Assembly (NCBI GenBank): GCA_009602735.1
Contig: WELA01001736.1
Coordinates: forward strand, 298,748 to 336,241
Direction: 5' to 3'
Source of the DNA: Mesotaenium endlicherianum
Lineage: Eukaryota
Length of the DNA stretch: 37,494 nt
Position numbers and translations under genes: made by a program. Positions within the stretch are counted from its first letter, which is position 1. Each line of letters begins with the position of its first letter. Of this stretch, positions 36,201 through 37,494 are shown piece by piece. Under the pieces are notes generated by a model, which was not told where the DNA came from, searched no databases, and was given only the letters and a program-made list of their open reading frames with translations.

Positions 36201-37209
36201 TCGCCCCTTCAAAGCTCTTATCAACACTATCTTGTTAACCAATATAGCTTGTTGATGATTACCGTCGGCTTGCTGGCCGTCCATTCCATGGCGTGCGCGA
36301 GAGTGCTCGCACACGTCCCCTCCTCATCCCGGCCATGGCCTCAAAATAAGCTCTCTCCCCCTTTTCCTGGCGTGGACCCAACCCATCCCCACTCCCGAGT
36401 CCCATCCCCACCCGCACCACCACCACAACCACCACCACCACCCACCACCCTAACCCTAACCCTAACCATGCCCCCTCCCCCAGGAGGCCGAGCACCAATT
36501 CTGGCGTCTGGCGGCTTGTGGCTGGTCATGGCTGTTCTCGAGGTCTAACGCGGGAAAGGTTGGTGTTTGTGCGTGCGTGCGCAGCGACTGCGTGATTGGA
36601 TACTCAACGGATGCGCCGTACGTGAAGGAGTACCAGCTGGAGGGCTACGCCGTCTCGGACGCCAAGGAGCAGCAGCAGGCGCTCATGCGCGACGCGTCCA
36701 TCACCGTCGACGCGGCCTCGGGAAAAACGATCCTCAGGTGAGAGAGAGGCACAGAGAGCATGCGAGCGGGAGCTCAGAGTGGCCCAGTCATACCTGGCGG
36801 CTGGCTGAAGCCCAAGCCGATATGTTTGGGCATGCGCCTGCGCTTATGCGTACGCGCGTGCGCACGCGTACGCGCGTGCGCGCGCACACGCACACACACA
36901 CACACACGCGCACACGCACAGAGAATCTGCCATGAACATCGCCTTCTGAGCTGAGGTTCTTGTCTTTGTGTAAGACAACAACAGGCTCCCTTACCCCTCT
37001 CTCCCGTCTGCTCTCAAGTGACTTGATGTGATTTCCTCGGCCCACTGACGGAGCAACTCCTCGTGCGCGTGCGCACCTGTGCGCGTGTGCAGGTACGAGA
37101 AGGACTACGGCGCGGGGGCCATGGCCATGCAGGCCAGCGGGCTCAACACCATGATCTGGGCCTTTGCTGAGGGCGACGGCGACGCGCTGGCTTACCATGG
37201 CAACAACTA
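24291..37209 (+). CDS. Secreted or cell-surface protein with at least 5 tandem heme-type DOMON domains (3' end beyond window)
   Basis: 20 GT-AG exons in one frame (2618 nt, about 872 aa): 24291-24472, 25061-25273, 25746-25814, 26616-26732, 27331-27456, 27911-28126, 28607-28660, 29017-29136, 29758-29859, 30484-30687, 31313-31375, 31763-31879, 32540-32668, 33181-33402, 33919-33972, 34699-34818, 35368-35496, 35976-36086, 36585-36737, 37093-37209. Hydrophobic signal LMLASLLLLLVTKPVAGA. Five copies of the DOMON signature (H/Y)W...GWVGxxFS..GxM..SD.V...F.R...LWA...H. Confidence 0.9.
25911..25991. repeat. 38-bp near-perfect direct duplication (43-bp spacing)
   Basis: tgtatactattgtactacttgaaaatcaaatagaaact / tgtatactattatactacttgaaaatcagatagaaact. 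Confidence 0.85.
26733..26945. repeat. Degenerate minisatellite (tatactactgca-like)
   Basis: Recurring tatact(a/g)ctgca / ctattgca motifs immediately after the exon 4 donor. Confidence 0.6.
34100..34571. other. Assembly gap
   Basis: N run. Confidence 1.
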
Positions 37210-37494
37210 GTGAGTTGATAAGCCGCCTGGGCCAAGCAAGCTGCAACCCCTTTGGCTGCCGCTGCTACCTGCCCCTGCTATTGCTCTCAGCTGGCTGCAC
37301 GCAGGGGCTTTCTTTCACCCTCGCTCTATCCTGCTCCCTCTCGCTCTCTCTCGCCCCTGCCTGCCGCCGCAGCTGGCACCTGCGGCCTCCTCGTGCGCGC
37401 TTGCTAGTTATGAGCACTGCCATCCAACGGATGCGCAACCAGCGACTCTCCTCCTCCCTCTCCTCCTCCATCTCCTCCCCCCCTCTCCCCCCTA

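Noticed and set aside
36100..36467. Telomere-like motifs: (CCCTAA)x3 at 36448-36465 and degenerate CCCTAAA at about 36100-36150
   Set aside because: Too short, and contiguous with a CCA microsatellite; not evidence of a telomere or fusion.
37207..37213. TAG TGA directly after the fifth His motif as the true end of the DOMON gene
   Set aside because: It overlaps a consensus GTGAGT donor at the same position and phase as in the other four domains, and the final GRF strand is still missing, so an intron is more likely.

Overview
Eukaryotic, intron-rich, microsatellite-laden genomic DNA with four assembly gaps. The plant-type gene content and composition suggest a streptophyte green alga (inference). 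From left to right: (1) 5' exons of a METTL21/Methyltransf_16-type lysine methyltransferase on the minus strand; (2) a divergently oriented APD-family membrane RING-HC E3 ligase gene (3587-12945); (3) a frameshifted Gag+protease-only retroelement with internal coding repeats, a PPT and one short LTR-like end; (4) a decayed DIRS-type (RT/RNaseH/tyrosine recombinase) retrotransposon; (5) a secreted protein gene (24291 to beyond 37209) with at least five tandem DOMON domains. The DOMON gene is the standout. All five domains keep the Met/His heme-ligand pair, domains 1-4 alternate in an A-B-A-B pattern with basic versus acidic His loops, and all 20 visible introns are phase 2, so every complete internal exon is frame-symmetric. 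Most of the supplied ORF track is noise from microsatellites, gaps and antisense frames. Gene models were built by eye from GT-AG sites, phase continuity and recalled family motifs; no database search was run.
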